The notes: generated by a model from the letters alone, not told the origin. Counted from the first letter of the stretch, positions 11,547 through 22,014 are shown. The stretch: DNA of 64,000 nucleotides from Minisyncoccota bacterium (GCA_041663045.1 JBAZRH010000001.1:212403-276402), one strand, 5' to 3'. Numbers and translations are program-made.

Positions 11547-12674
11547 TTATTTTTTAATACAGTTATTATACGCGGTTATCTCTTTGTTGTAATCTGTGAT
11601 TAATTGTTTTGTGTCTATTATCAAAGTATTGATTGAATTTACAAGATTATTATATTCATACACCCTAGAATTATAGTATGTCGGATTTGATGATGGATTG
11701 GTATTATTTATTTCAGCGAGTAGATTTTTTGCTTGACCCTCCATAGTATCTGAAGTAGCGTATTTTGTTTCTATCTCTGCCTTTTTTGTAGGATTTGGAG
11801 TGGGACAAGAAGAAAGTGGCTTACCAAAAACTTGGGCCGAGATCCATACGAGGCTATCTTTATATTTTGCTTCTACTGCGGAGACGCCGATCTCGGTATA
11901 CTTATTATTCAGAATATTTTCTTTATGTCCTTCGCTTGCCATCCACGCATCTAAAAGTACCCGTGCATTTTCAAAGTTGCCCATAGCGATATTTTCTCCA
12001 ATATATATGTATTTATAAGAAAAACGATCAGACATTTTTGAGACACTGTCACCCGTTGGAGAAATGTGTTCAAAATATCCTTTCTCAAACATATCATTTA
12101 CTCTTGCGAGAGCGATGGAGTTCAAAGATGAGCTTGGAGATAAAGCTGGCAGGCCGACTTTTGATCGTTCTATATTTGTCCAGTAAATTATTTGTGATTG
12201 ATTTATTTTTGCACCATCAGGCGTTGTGTCTCCAACAAGAGGTCCGGGTGTCTCAGATATCTTTTGTAAATCTACTTTAGTGGTGAAAGTCGGAGGTTTT
12301 ATATTGGTAGGTTTCTTGATGAATATCTTACTAGAGGTGGTAGCGGAAGGATTCGATGTAGAATTAGAAGATGTATTAGGAGAGACAAAAGGTGTCTTGG
12401 GGCAGATCCTTATTCCCAGATCGGTTCTAAACTCTCCGCCTTTCCAATCTCCTTTTGCTATAGCTGTATAGTAGTTCTCGCAAAAATCCCCTCTTATTTT
12501 CCCTAAAACAGTTTGACCAAAGAAATTAAAAAAAATATTAACACTACTAGCAATACTTGCTGTTGATTTTGAAAAGTCTATTGAAGGAAAAGTGAAGGCC
12601 CCAACCCGCGTAAAGGTAAATAAATTAAGAATCAAACAAAGTACAACTATTAATATTTTTGTCTTTTTCATCAT
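11547..12674 (-). CDS. Secreted CAP (SCP) domain protein
   Basis: Signal peptide; TNIER, YFEHISP, GENIA, WMASEGHKENIL. Confidence 0.9.
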   Translation of the reverse strand: MMKKTKILIVVLCLILNLFTFTRVGAFTFPSIDFSKSTASIASSVNIFFNFFGQTVLGKIRGDFCENYYTAIAKGDWKGGEFRTDLGIRICPKTPFVSPNTSSNSTSNPSATTSSKIFIKKPTNIKPPTFTTKVDLQKISETPGPLVGDTTPDGAKINQSQIIYWTNIERSKVGLPALSPSSSLNSIALARVNDMFEKGYFEHISPTGDSVSKMSDRFSYKYIYIGENIAMGNFENARVLLDAWMASEGHKENILNNKYTEIGVSAVEAKYKDSLVWISAQVFGKPLSSCPTPNPTKKAEIETKYATSDTMEGQAKNLLAEINNTNPSSNPTYYNSRVYEYNNLVNSINTLIIDTKQLITDYNKEITAYNNCIKK

Positions 12675-12779
12675 CGGTTGTATTTTACCATAAATAATTA
12701 AGCAAGTTAATGAATTGTCTTTAATAGTATCATTTTGGGACACTTTGTTGATTTCAAAATAATTGTTATAATATTCTAT

Positions 12780-13181
12780 ATGAAATTTTTGTTGGTCTTT
12801 TGGAGATACCTTTTATGGCATTACAGCAAGGGTGTAAAAGCGTCTTTCTTGCTTTGGGAAAATTTAACATCTTTTCTATATAATTTCTTTTCTATTAGAA
12901 GCCTTCTCGGGAACTTTTTTACACCATGGAGAAGACTTAGCGACATCTATCCGAAGTGGTATGAATTCAAAGAATTCTTCTCAACTTTTTTAACAAATGG
13001 ACTGATGAGAATTGTTGGCATGTTTATAAGGTTTTTCGTATTGCTTTTTGGCTTTACTGTCATCCTTATATTTATTTTGCTTTACCCCGTAGCGTTTATC
13101 GTCTGGCTTTTACTACCGCCCGCCATTATCTTTATGATTTTAGCCGGGATTGTCCTAATTATTAATGGAATATGGATATAA
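12780..13181 (+). CDS. Membrane protein coupled to the Clp ATPase
   Basis: Hydrophobic, WHY and FFTPWRR motifs; overlaps the downstream start. Confidence 0.75.
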   Translation: MKFLLVFWRYLLWHYSKGVKASFLLWENLTSFLYNFFSIRSLLGNFFTPWRRLSDIYPKWYEFKEFFSTFLTNGLMRIVGMFIRFFVLLFGFTVILIFILLYPVAFIVWLLLPPAIIFMILAGIVLIINGIWI

Positions 13182-15643
13182 GAGCTTATTTAAAACAAAG
13201 TCCCCTCTATGATGTGCTTGTCGTAAATTCTCTTGTATCTACAAAGACTAGGGAGAAGATAAATAGCATAACTAAAAATGCCATCGTGGTTATTTTATTT
13301 ATAATGGTTATATATTACCTTGTCAGAAGTTCTTCGAAATTTGTTGCTTTCCAAAGTTTTGCAAATTTTATTGCACCAATATTATTTGGTTTACTTCTTA
13401 TAAATATCGCCGTATTTCTTTTTGCTAAACTTGTGGATATATATTTGTCTACTCAATATTATTTTGAGCATATTATAAAAAATAGATATGCAAACGATGA
13501 ACTTTATACCGTTTCTGCTGGTAAAATATTATACGCGGGTAGAAAAACAGATATTCTTCACGGACTTTTCTATTCTAGGATAGGAAAGATACTTATGTTT
13601 AGACTTGGGATAAATGAGCCAAATATAAAAGCATTCGTCGCTTCTCAACCGGTGGTAAGGGAAGAAGTAATGCCAAAACAAGAAGGAAATATTTTGAAGC
13701 TTCAAGATATTGTTTTACATTTATTTAATAACAACAAAGCATTTCAAAATTTCTTGCAGTGCAGAGGTATTACAGAAAAGCATCTTATAGGAGCTTTAAA
13801 TTGGGTAATTTATATGATTGAGACTAAAGAATATAGAAACCAATGGTGGAGGCCGGAAACCCTGGCTCGTATGGGTGGTATTGGTAGAGATTGGTCTTTC
13901 GGCAATACATATCTTTTGGATAAATATAGTAGAGATGTAATGAAAGATGAGGAAGTATCTTCAGATGCTTTCGTGATTTCAGATAGAGAAACAGAGATAA
14001 GTCAGATAGAAACCGCCCTTTCAAAATCAAATGAAGCAAATGTCATTTTGGTTGGTGAGGCAGGACAAGAAAAAATGCAGGTTGTTTGGAGTATATGTAG
14101 ACATATGAGAGATGGAAAAATAGCAGTACAGTTGAAAAACAAAAAGGTCATTTTACTTTCCGTAAATACAATTGTTTCTGTTTGTAAAAGAAAAGACACC
14201 CTTGAAGATCAGGTAAGAAAAATAATGAATGAAGTTTTGAAAGCTGGGGATATCATTCTTGTCGTTGATAACTTCCCTCTCTTACTCTCTACCGCTGAAG
14301 CATTGGGCTCTGATATGGTAAGTTTGCTTGATCCATATCTTGCAAGCCCTGCTCTCCAGCTAATAGCCATATCTGATAATAATGAGTATCACAGAGTAAT
14401 AGAACCAAACAAATCACTAATGGCTAGACTAGAAACTGTCCTAGTCAGACCACTTTCTACGGAAGAAAATGCGAGGATAATCGCTGACTCCACCCTATTT
14501 ATTGAAGCTCAATATGATATCTATTTTACTTTTCAGGCTGTACAAGAACTTGCGGAGAGTGCTGAATATTATTTCCCTGATGGAGTTTCTACAGACAAAG
14601 CAATGGATTTATTAAATGAGATAGCCCCGTGGTCTAAGAGACAAAATATCTCTTATATAGGTAGAGATGAAGTGCTTGAATATATACAAGAAAAGACCAA
14701 GATACCTACTGGAGGTAAAATCTCCCGGGAAGAAAAAGATAAGCTACTTAATCTGGAGAACATCTTAAATAAAAAAATAATTGGTCAGAAAGAAGCTGTT
14801 ACTGCAATAAGCAATGCGATGAGAAGATCACGTTCTGGTATTAGAAATCCAAATAAACCTATTGGCTCTTTCCTTTTCCTTGGACCAACCGGTGTTGGTA
14901 AGACAGAGACATCAAAAGCTCTGGCAGAAGTATTTTTTGATAGTGTGGACAATATGATGCGTTTGGATATGTCTGAATATCAGACAGATGATGCCATGGA
15001 ACGTCTTATAGGATCATTTACAAACAACAGACCTGGGGTGTTCTCAAGTATGCTTCGAGACAAGCCTTTTGGAGTTATGCTTCTTGATGAATTTGAAAAG
15101 ACAAATAAAAATGTCCTTAATCTTTTCCTACAGATTCTTGATGAAGGTTTCTTCTCAGATACCACTGGTAGAAAAGTTAGCACGAAAAACATTATCTTTA
15201 TCGCGACATCAAATGCTGGCGCAGACACTATCTTTGCAATGGTAAATGCTGGTAAAAATCCAAAAGACGCAAAAGAAGAGATACTAGCAGATATTATTGG
15301 TCGTGGTCTTTTTAAGCCAGAGCTTATAAACCGTTTCGATGGCACAATAATATTTAAACCTTTAGAAGAAATAGATTTAAAACAAATTGCTCGGATTATG
15401 TTAAAGAGAGTGGCAGAAAGACTCATAGAAAAAGGTATAGAGTTTAAAGTAACCGACACCCTTGTAGATTATGTAGTAAAACATGGTGCCAATGCTGCTT
15501 TCGGAGCAAGGCCAATGAATCGTTTTATACAAGACACCGTCGAGGGAAATCTTGCTGAGCTCATAATTAAAAGACAGATTCTCTCGGGCAATTCTATTGA
15601 ATTTAATGTTACAGATGAAGGCCTTTTACCAAAAATAAGATAG
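13172..15643 (+). CDS. ClpA/B-like AAA+ ATPase with N-terminal TM helices
   Basis: D2 intact (FLFLGPTGVGKTE, RLDMSEY, LLDEFEK, GARPM); D1 degenerate (GEAGQEKM). Confidence 0.9.
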   Translation: MDIRAYLKQSPLYDVLVVNSLVSTKTREKINSITKNAIVVILFIMVIYYLVRSSSKFVAFQSFANFIAPILFGLLLINIAVFLFAKLVDIYLSTQYYFEHIIKNRYANDELYTVSAGKILYAGRKTDILHGLFYSRIGKILMFRLGINEPNIKAFVASQPVVREEVMPKQEGNILKLQDIVLHLFNNNKAFQNFLQCRGITEKHLIGALNWVIYMIETKEYRNQWWRPETLARMGGIGRDWSFGNTYLLDKYSRDVMKDEEVSSDAFVISDRETEISQIETALSKSNEANVILVGEAGQEKMQVVWSICRHMRDGKIAVQLKNKKVILLSVNTIVSVCKRKDTLEDQVRKIMNEVLKAGDIILVVDNFPLLLSTAEALGSDMVSLLDPYLASPALQLIAISDNNEYHRVIEPNKSLMARLETVLVRPLSTEENARIIADSTLFIEAQYDIYFTFQAVQELAESAEYYFPDGVSTDKAMDLLNEIAPWSKRQNISYIGRDEVLEYIQEKTKIPTGGKISREEKDKLLNLENILNKKIIGQKEAVTAISNAMRRSRSGIRNPNKPIGSFLFLGPTGVGKTETSKALAEVFFDSVDNMMRLDMSEYQTDDAMERLIGSFTNNRPGVFSSMLRDKPFGVMLLDEFEKTNKNVLNLFLQILDEGFFSDTTGRKVSTKNIIFIATSNAGADTIFAMVNAGKNPKDAKEEILADIIGRGLFKPELINRFDGTIIFKPLEEIDLKQIARIMLKRVAERLIEKGIEFKVTDTLVDYVVKHGANAAFGARPMNRFIQDTVEGNLAELIIKRQILSGNSIEFNVTDEGLLPKIR

Positions 15644-15657
15644 AAGATACTTCAATA

Positions 15658-16371
15658 CTATTTATTTTTACCCATATTTAAGTATTTTTGTCGTTCATTT
15701 TCCGGGAATTTCTCAATAGCATATCTAAGCATTATTCTAGGCATTTTATAACTGAACTTATCTAGAAACTTTTCTAAGTTCCCCACATTTACTTTTCCCG
15801 CTTCTCTAAGCATCCAGCCAACCGCTTTATGGATAAGATCGTGCTTGTCTTTTATCAGTATTTTTGCCAGTTTAAAAGTATCTTTTAGTTCACTGTTCTT
15901 TATAAAAGCAAGCGTTGAAATTATAGAAACTCTTCTTTTCCACAAATTATTTGATTCAACAAGGTCGTATAAAATTCTCTTAGGTTTATTCAATAAATAT
16001 CTACCCACAATCCTAGGTGCTGAAAGGTCCACCAAATCCCAATTATTTACTTGCTTTGAATTCTTTATATAAAAATCAAAGATTTGTCTTCTACCTGGTT
16101 CGTCTGTATTTTCAAAATTGTTTACTAGAATAAGTAATGAACAAAGTCTTTCCTCGTGAATCTTTGAATATAAAAGTCTTTTAATTTCAGAAAGTGAAAT
16201 ATCTATATTCTTCTTTGCTACTTTCCTTGTGTTTGGAACGCTTATTCCAAGAAAAACATCTCCTTCGCCATAATCACCTTTTCCGGTTTTAAAAAATCTT
16301 TGCAAAACATTTGCCTTTTCAAAATCAGCATATAGTCTTAAATCTTTTTTAACATCTTCTACGCTAGACAT
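15658..16371 (-). CDS. DNA alkylation repair protein (AlkD-like)
   Basis: NNWDLVD, KAVGWMLRE, LRYAIEKF. Confidence 0.92.
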   Translation of the reverse strand: MSSVEDVKKDLRLYADFEKANVLQRFFKTGKGDYGEGDVFLGISVPNTRKVAKKNIDISLSEIKRLLYSKIHEERLCSLLILVNNFENTDEPGRRQIFDFYIKNSKQVNNWDLVDLSAPRIVGRYLLNKPKRILYDLVESNNLWKRRVSIISTLAFIKNSELKDTFKLAKILIKDKHDLIHKAVGWMLREAGKVNVGNLEKFLDKFSYKMPRIMLRYAIEKFPENERQKYLNMGKNK

Positions 16372-16398
16372 ATCAGATTATAATATAACAAAATAGTC

Positions 16399-16440
16399 TA
16401 AAACAAAATCTACCTGATCGATCAGGTAGATTTTGTTTTA
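16399..16440. terminator. Perfect 42-bp palindrome, probable terminator
   Basis: TAAAACAAAATCTACCTGATC|GATCAGGTAGATTTTGTTTTA. Confidence 0.7.
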
Positions 16441-16453
16441 AAGCGAGGAAATA

Positions 16454-16672
16454 TTATACTTGTGGCTCTGAACCCCCACTACAATTCTTTGAAACAGTGT
16501 ATATAGCATATAGTCCCGATAGACCGACAAGAATGTAGACTATCTTAACTAATGTGGCTGTCCTAAAGATTATTTCAACGAGGTTTATATTGAAAGCAAC
16601 AAGACCCCAATTTATACCCCCGATAATTATCAAGATTAAAGCTATCCAATCCAACCAATTAAGTTTTGACAT
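16454..16672 (-). CDS. DUF378 small membrane protein
   Basis: LIIIGGINWGL...NLV...VYILVGLSGLY. Confidence 0.9.
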   Translation of the reverse strand: MSKLNWLDWIALILIIIGGINWGLVAFNINLVEIIFRTATLVKIVYILVGLSGLYAIYTVSKNCSGGSEPQV

Positions 16673-16750
16673 ATGTCTTTTTAATAGAAATTATTAAACG
16701 ACCTTTATTACCTCTATTATACCACTAAATTAAAATCGTCAACTGGATGT

Positions 16751-17242
16751 CTATTGCACTTTATGAAGTGTCTTTCTTCTAACTCTATACTCATGTATAA
16801 CGAGATATACTATAAAGATATCAAATATCGTAAGAGCTAAAAGCCACCCAGAGTGAATAAAATAATATCTATATGATTGATAAATTATAAAACCGGAAAA
16901 TACAACAATGGAAGCCGGGTATGCCCAGAGTCTATTCATAAGAAGTCCTGCAATGACAAAAACCTTCAAAATTCCGTGTACAAGTAGATATATTGAAAAG
17001 AAAGTTTGCGAACTCATAGCAAAGCTTGAAACAGAATTTACAATAAATAAACCCACCAAATCATTTGGGTCATCTGAGAGTTCGTTCTGTGTAAGAGTAA
17101 GGACCAAAGTTATTATATATGCTTTATTTACTAAAAGTACAGCGATACCGCCAAGAATCTCAGAAAGTGCATTTAATCCTTTAAGCCAAAGACTAATTTC
17201 AAAGATCCTAAATATCTTTTTCTCACTTATGACTGGTTGCAT
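16751..17242 (-). CDS. DUF2127 membrane protein
   Basis: KGL...EI.GG, EL..DP.D, YLL.HG..K, WAYP. Confidence 0.85.
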   Translation of the reverse strand: MQPVISEKKIFRIFEISLWLKGLNALSEILGGIAVLLVNKAYIITLVLTLTQNELSDDPNDLVGLFIVNSVSSFAMSSQTFFSIYLLVHGILKVFVIAGLLMNRLWAYPASIVVFSGFIIYQSYRYYFIHSGWLLALTIFDIFIVYLVIHEYRVRRKTLHKVQ

Positions 17243-17322
17243 ACTGAATATTGTACCATCCTTCTTGCATAAAAAAAGTGACACAGTACACTGCGCCACT
17301 TTCATACAACCCACCAAACAGG

Positions 17323-17553
17323 TCACCTTTCGTTCAACGCTTTCCTCATGATCTTGCGATCATCGGGATTTCTGTCTTCGTGATTGGGAATGTGTTTGAC
17401 TACACTTTCATCGGTTCCGGGGTTTTCTTCATAGAATTTTCTCCGATAAGCCCTGGCTTGTTTAAGACGAACGACAAGCTGCTTCACACCATCTACGACA
17501 GGATCCAAAACATCCAACAACGCCCACCAAACCAACTTGAAGAACTGTGTCAT
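17323..17553 (-). CDS. Small hypothetical protein
   Basis: Strong SD GGAGG; TTGACA promoter upstream; hairpin plus T-run downstream. Confidence 0.55.
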   Translation of the reverse strand: MTQFFKLVWWALLDVLDPVVDGVKQLVVRLKQARAYRRKFYEENPGTDESVVKHIPNHEDRNPDDRKIMRKALNER

Positions 17554-17622
17554 TTCTGACCTCCCTTTTGTTTTTCTCCGATAAAGATGTTAACACGAGT
17601 ATACAACTCTTGTCAACTAACC

Positions 17623-18855
17623 CTATTCTATAAAAGTTAGTGCCTTTCCTTTCTTATTCCCACGGCCTGTTCTACCAATACGGTGGACATAGTCGTCATA
17701 AGTAGCTGGTAAGTCATAGTTTATAACATGGGAAATATCCGGAATATCCAAACCCCTCGCAGCCACATCTGTAGCGACCAAGATATTTATATATTCATCT
17801 TTGAAAGCGGAAAGTGCCTTTTGTCTTTTGGCATGATTTTTATCACCGTGAATAGAATCCGCCTTGAATCCCCTTGCAATCAGATTTTTTGAAAGTTTTT
17901 CTACCCCATGCTTTGTCCTTCCGAAAATAAGCACTTTGTAGAATTCTTCTTTATTGAGAATATCATGCAAAGTATCAAGTTTGTTTCCGTTTACTCTCAC
18001 GATATCTTGATCTACACTCTTTGCTGTATCGCCCGTCTTTACGGAAATAGTTATCGGATTTGTGAGAAAATCTTTAATCAAAATCTCAATCTCTCTTGAA
18101 ATCGTAGCGGAGAAAAATAGAGTATGTCTATGTTTTGGCATTTTTGCCATCACAAACTTCATATCGGCGATAAATCCCATATCAAGCATTCTATCTGCCT
18201 CATCTAGCACTATTGTCGCGAATTTAGAAAGATCTATAAATCTTCTATTTACCAAATCTTTCAATCTTCCCGGTGTGCCTATAATAAAGTTTGAGCTTCT
18301 ATTCCTAAGCTCGGATATTTGCCCGCCGATAGAAACTCCTCCGACACAGCATACAGAATATACAGGCATACCCAAGACAAGAGTCCTAAGCTCCTGATTT
18401 ATCTGCAAAGCAAGCTCGCGAGTAGGCACGACGATAAGCACCTTTTCATTCCTATTTATGAGCGCTTTCTGAATAAGCGGTATCAGAAAAGCACCAGTTT
18501 TACCTGTCCCTGTATTTGCAATACCGACGACATCTCTTCCTGCAAGAATCTGCGGGATGATCTGGTCTTGAATCGGTGTAGGTGTGCTAAACCCCTTCTT
18601 TGTGATATTTTCTTTTATTTTTAAATCAATACTAAAATCACTAAATTTATGTTTTGAAATATAGGCGACTTCTGCGATGAGAGGTTCCGCTTTATTTATA
18701 AATTTAGAAAAGTGAATATTTTGAGTGCGTCCTTGATTAGAGGTCCTTCTCTGACCTCCACCACTATTACCCCCGCGATGATTTCCACCGCCTTGGTATC
18801 CGCCACGACCATACGATCGTGAAGACGAACTTCTACTATTATTTCTTCTATACAT
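17623..18855 (-). CDS. DEAD-box RNA helicase
   Basis: Q motif PTPIQ, ANTGTGKT, PTRELA, DEAD, SAT, HRIGRTGR; RGG-rich N-terminus. Confidence 0.97.
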   Translation of the reverse strand: MYRRNNSRSSSSRSYGRGGYQGGGNHRGGNSGGGQRRTSNQGRTQNIHFSKFINKAEPLIAEVAYISKHKFSDFSIDLKIKENITKKGFSTPTPIQDQIIPQILAGRDVVGIANTGTGKTGAFLIPLIQKALINRNEKVLIVVPTRELALQINQELRTLVLGMPVYSVCCVGGVSIGGQISELRNRSSNFIIGTPGRLKDLVNRRFIDLSKFATIVLDEADRMLDMGFIADMKFVMAKMPKHRHTLFFSATISREIEILIKDFLTNPITISVKTGDTAKSVDQDIVRVNGNKLDTLHDILNKEEFYKVLIFGRTKHGVEKLSKNLIARGFKADSIHGDKNHAKRQKALSAFKDEYINILVATDVAARGLDIPDISHVINYDLPATYDDYVHRIGRTGRGNKKGKALTFIE

Positions 18856-19016
18856 AAGATTATTACTCCAATTAAAGAATTGAAGTGTGCAACGAGGCCG
18901 AAGCCTGTTGATTAATTGTTAACGTAAAATGCCGCACGGAATCCGGCGACATTTAACGCTGTATCAGTGAGATTACTTTACCCTACAAGTATAGCAAACC
19001 CCCGCTTTTTTGTCAA
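18856..19016 (-). promoter_or_regulatory. Sigma70 promoter and structured ~125-nt leader of the helicase gene
   Basis: TTGACA-17-TATACT (19016-18988, minus), followed by several hairpins. Confidence 0.6.
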
Positions 19017-19083
19017 TTGACACAATACATATAATATGCTGTCCTCCTAATCGGGGTTCTTAACACAGAAAAAGGAGGCTTGT

Positions 19084-19557
19084 GTGAGTATACATAAGGA
19101 AGTTGAGTATTTAAGTGCAGGAGGCTGGAAAAACCCCTATAACAGGGTAGCCTACAAAGTCTATCGTTGGCAAATCATATTCTCTGGTTTGTCTGACGGA
19201 GACCGTATTGCCCGCTGTTCGACGATAAATTCCGCAGAAAACATCGTCCTCGCAATCAGTGATACCGAAGGAATCGATCCGAGAAATTACAGGTTTTATG
19301 ATTTGCAAACCCACAGGGGGTACACAAGTCATAAGGACGGTGAATTCACATTTAACAGGCTCATTCTTCGGTGGAAACAAGGTATCAGGAAGCCGGCACA
19401 AGCGCATTGGGAAGAAGTAGAGTGCTTGCCGGAAATACTGGAGGAGTGGTCGTCATATATCTGGAGTGGTGAGCCTTGTGGTGAGCCACGCAGTCTCGCT
19501 ATGGTTCGGCGAGTATTACCAGCAGTGCGATCGCTTCTGATCAGTACCAGAGGCTAA
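19084..19557 (+). CDS. Hypothetical orphan protein
   Basis: AAGGAGG SD with GTG start; terminator at 19579-19611. Confidence 0.65.
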   Translation: MSIHKEVEYLSAGGWKNPYNRVAYKVYRWQIIFSGLSDGDRIARCSTINSAENIVLAISDTEGIDPRNYRFYDLQTHRGYTSHKDGEFTFNRLILRWKQGIRKPAQAHWEEVECLPEILEEWSSYIWSGEPCGEPRSLAMVRRVLPAVRSLLISTRG

Positions 19558-19613
19558 TCGAAAGAGACTATCGTATACAACAGGCGATTCACACGAATCG
19601 CCTGTTTTTTTAA

Positions 19614-20150
19614 TTACTTCTTCTTCGCCACTCTCTTTATAAATTCCGAAGAGGTCATAATTGATTTAAAGTCTTTTACTCTATCCATAAAACTTAGTCC
19701 GTTAAGATGATCTATTTCATGTTGAAAAATACGTGCCCACAGACCTGAAGCCTTTTCTGTAATCTTCTTACTATCTTGATTATAATATTCAACTGTTACT
19801 GTTTTTGGTCTCGGAACCAGGGCGTATATTCGCCCCAGACTCAAACAAGCCTCCCAATCAGTTATTATCTTTTTCGAATAATTAATAATTTTTGGATTTA
19901 TAGCGAAAACTGGCCCTTTTTGTTTTTGTTTCGGCCTTTCTGGTGTTGGTCGGATCTCCATGACTATTATTTGTAAAGATTTACCGATTTGTGGAGCAGC
20001 TAGACCAATACCTTTACTTTTGCGCATAGTATAGAGCATATCTTTCATAAAAGTCTTGCCGGTCTTGCTTTTTAAAAAATTTAATGTGACTTTCTTCGCC
20101 CTAAGTCTCAAGATGGGATTTCCAAATTCAACACAATTTAATAATTTCAT
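19614..20150 (-). CDS. def: Peptide deformylase (second copy)
   Basis: GIGLAAPQIG, EACLS, QHEIDHLNG. Confidence 0.93.
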   Translation of the reverse strand: MKLLNCVEFGNPILRLRAKKVTLNFLKSKTGKTFMKDMLYTMRKSKGIGLAAPQIGKSLQIIVMEIRPTPERPKQKQKGPVFAINPKIINYSKKIITDWEACLSLGRIYALVPRPKTVTVEYYNQDSKKITEKASGLWARIFQHEIDHLNGLSFMDRVKDFKSIMTSSEFIKRVAKKK

Positions 20151-20154
20151 GCAT

Positions 20155-20487
20155 TTATAGTTGCTTATTATGTTTAGCTTTAATTTTCTCAATCTTCTTG
20201 CCAAGTGCGTCTGGGATATTTACATTCATAAGTTTCGCGAGGAGAAAAGTTGTAATCACTACATCGGCAAATTCATCGGAAAGGCTTTCTAAACTTCTGC
20301 CTTCCATCTTGCCTTTTCTTTGATCACCCAGATATGCCAAGACTTCATCAGACAACTCTCCAAACTCTTCCGATATCTTTACTGTACGGGATAATATCCT
20401 TTCTCGGTCAGTTTGAGTCGTATCCTTTACTGTACGAAATAATTTATCTTGATCATCTATAAATTTCTGAAATTCTTCCATGTTCAT
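20155..20487 (-). CDS. MazG-like nucleotide pyrophosphohydrolase
   Basis: EEFGEL...DEFADV. Confidence 0.85.
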   Translation of the reverse strand: MNMEEFQKFIDDQDKLFRTVKDTTQTDRERILSRTVKISEEFGELSDEVLAYLGDQRKGKMEGRSLESLSDEFADVVITTFLLAKLMNVNIPDALGKKIEKIKAKHNKQL

Positions 20488-20499
20488 ATATCTTTAATA

Positions 20500-20823
20500 T
20501 TATATATTTTCTAAAGGGTAAATATCCAAGGCAACCTCTTCATATGGATGGACTTTCTTTATAGCTTTTATCACTTCTTGTAATTTTTCTCTTGGACAAA
20601 TTGTCTCTATTCTTTCCTCAACTACTTCTTCAAGTTTACCGACACTACCTATATGTGGTTTTGCGTATTCTACTGGCTTAAATCTCCCAATACCTTTTGT
20701 AGAAAAAGTACAGTTGGTATAATTACCGATTATTCCGGCACCAGCATTAGCCATAGCTTCTCTAACAATGTTTGTATGTGTTTCTGGTACAAAAACTACG
20801 ATTTTTACATTTTTTGATTGCAT
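20500..20823 (-). CDS. YqfO/Nif3-insert-like (PII/CutA-fold) protein
   Basis: AGAG.IGNY..C.F...G.G.F.P, HPYEE. Confidence 0.88.
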   Translation of the reverse strand: MQSKNVKIVVFVPETHTNIVREAMANAGAGIIGNYTNCTFSTKGIGRFKPVEYAKPHIGSVGKLEEVVEERIETICPREKLQEVIKAIKKVHPYEEVALDIYPLENI

Positions 20824-20827
20824 ATTT

Positions 20828-21460
20828 TTAAAATTCTTTAACATCACCTTCTATCATGGGGATAAATTCTATGCCTTTTGTTGGTAAAATCTTCGCCGGA
20901 AAAGCGTGGGCTGAGCCAAATCTTATTGCATCGTGAACTGGAAAACATACTTTGGGCTTAATTAAAATAGCATAATCCAGTGCATCACCTATCTTCATCC
21001 AAGGCCCGGAAACCGGCAGGGCCAATATCTTTACTTCTCTCTTTGGGTCTGTGAAAGCGTCACCTGGATACCACAAAAGATTATCAACAAAGTAACCAGT
21101 ATTAGAAGAAATCGGTATTAGACTGTGCATCATTGCATGCTTTTCCCCTATACCAGTCACCACCACCTCACCGACAGAAAAAGCTTGACCATTTTTCACA
21201 GTAATATTCTTAATATTTTCTTTATTTAGCAATTCACTAACTGAATCATTTGCGTAAATAATCGCTTGTGGATTATTTTTTAATATTATTTTCAATGACT
21301 CGATATGACAATGGTCTTGATGCTCGTGTGTAAACAAAACACAATCTATATCTTTCAATTTAGATTGAGCTTCCACAGTATAACTCCCAGGATCAGTAAG
21401 GATTCTTTTGCCCCTTGTCTCTATAAGTAAACAGCAATGTCCTAGTTTTGTGATTTTCAT
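20828..21460 (-). CDS. MBL-fold metallo-hydrolase
   Basis: GHCC, DPG, THEHQDH, PGD, PVHD. Confidence 0.9.
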   Translation of the reverse strand: MKITKLGHCCLLIETRGKRILTDPGSYTVEAQSKLKDIDCVLFTHEHQDHCHIESLKIILKNNPQAIIYANDSVSELLNKENIKNITVKNGQAFSVGEVVVTGIGEKHAMMHSLIPISSNTGYFVDNLLWYPGDAFTDPKREVKILALPVSGPWMKIGDALDYAILIKPKVCFPVHDAIRFGSAHAFPAKILPTKGIEFIPMIEGDVKEF

Positions 21461-21481
21461 GTATTGATTATTAAAATATAT

Positions 21482-21835
21482 TTAGCTCGCCATGGATTTT
21501 CGGCTGGATATTGGGGTTATTACTGGCACTGGTGTGGGAGTAGGAGAGATTGTGGTAAGTGCCGTCGTAGAAACTATAGGCTTTGGTGCGGGTGCTATAT
21601 TCACCGAGGTATTTTGTGATATCACTATCCTCGAATCATCTTCTTCGTCTTCATCTTCCTCCCACTCTTCGCTTTCTGATTTCAGAATAACTTTGACCTT
21701 TTCATCTATTTTCTTTATCACTTCTTTTATCGGCTGTTGGGCAGTGGTTTTCTGACTATAAGCAAAAGTCCCACCCAGAAGCATCACAGCGACAAGTAAG
21801 AATGTTGCAACCGCATTGTAAGTATCTTTTCTCAT
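21482..21835 (-). CDS. Secreted acidic, Pro/Thr-rich small protein
   Basis: Signal-like N-terminus MRKDTYNAVATFLLVAVMLL; acidic tract; P/T linker; C-terminus SSRKSMAS. Confidence 0.65.
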   Translation of the reverse strand: MRKDTYNAVATFLLVAVMLLGGTFAYSQKTTAQQPIKEVIKKIDEKVKVILKSESEEWEEDEDEEDDSRIVISQNTSVNIAPAPKPIVSTTALTTISPTPTPVPVITPISSRKSMAS

Positions 21836-21846
21836 ATTTTTATATA

Positions 21847-22014
21847 TTAAACTTTTTGCCACATATGTGCATCGCTTTTTTTGACAGAACATTCCGGACA
21901 TTTGAAATCTGCGGGAAGATCTTCCCATTTGGTGCCTGGGGCTATGCCTCTTGTCGGCATGCCTTTGGCTTCGTCATATATCCAACCACATTCTAAACAA
22001 ACATATTGTGACAT
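21847..22014 (-). CDS. Rubredoxin
   Basis: MSQYVCLECGWIYD...GIAPGTKWEDLPADFKCPEC. Confidence 0.95.
   Translation of the reverse strand: MSQYVCLECGWIYDEAKGMPTRGIAPGTKWEDLPADFKCPECSVKKSDAHMWQKV

Noticed and set aside
19614-20150. Second peptide deformylase as a novelty
   Set aside because: Multiple def paralogues are common in bacteria
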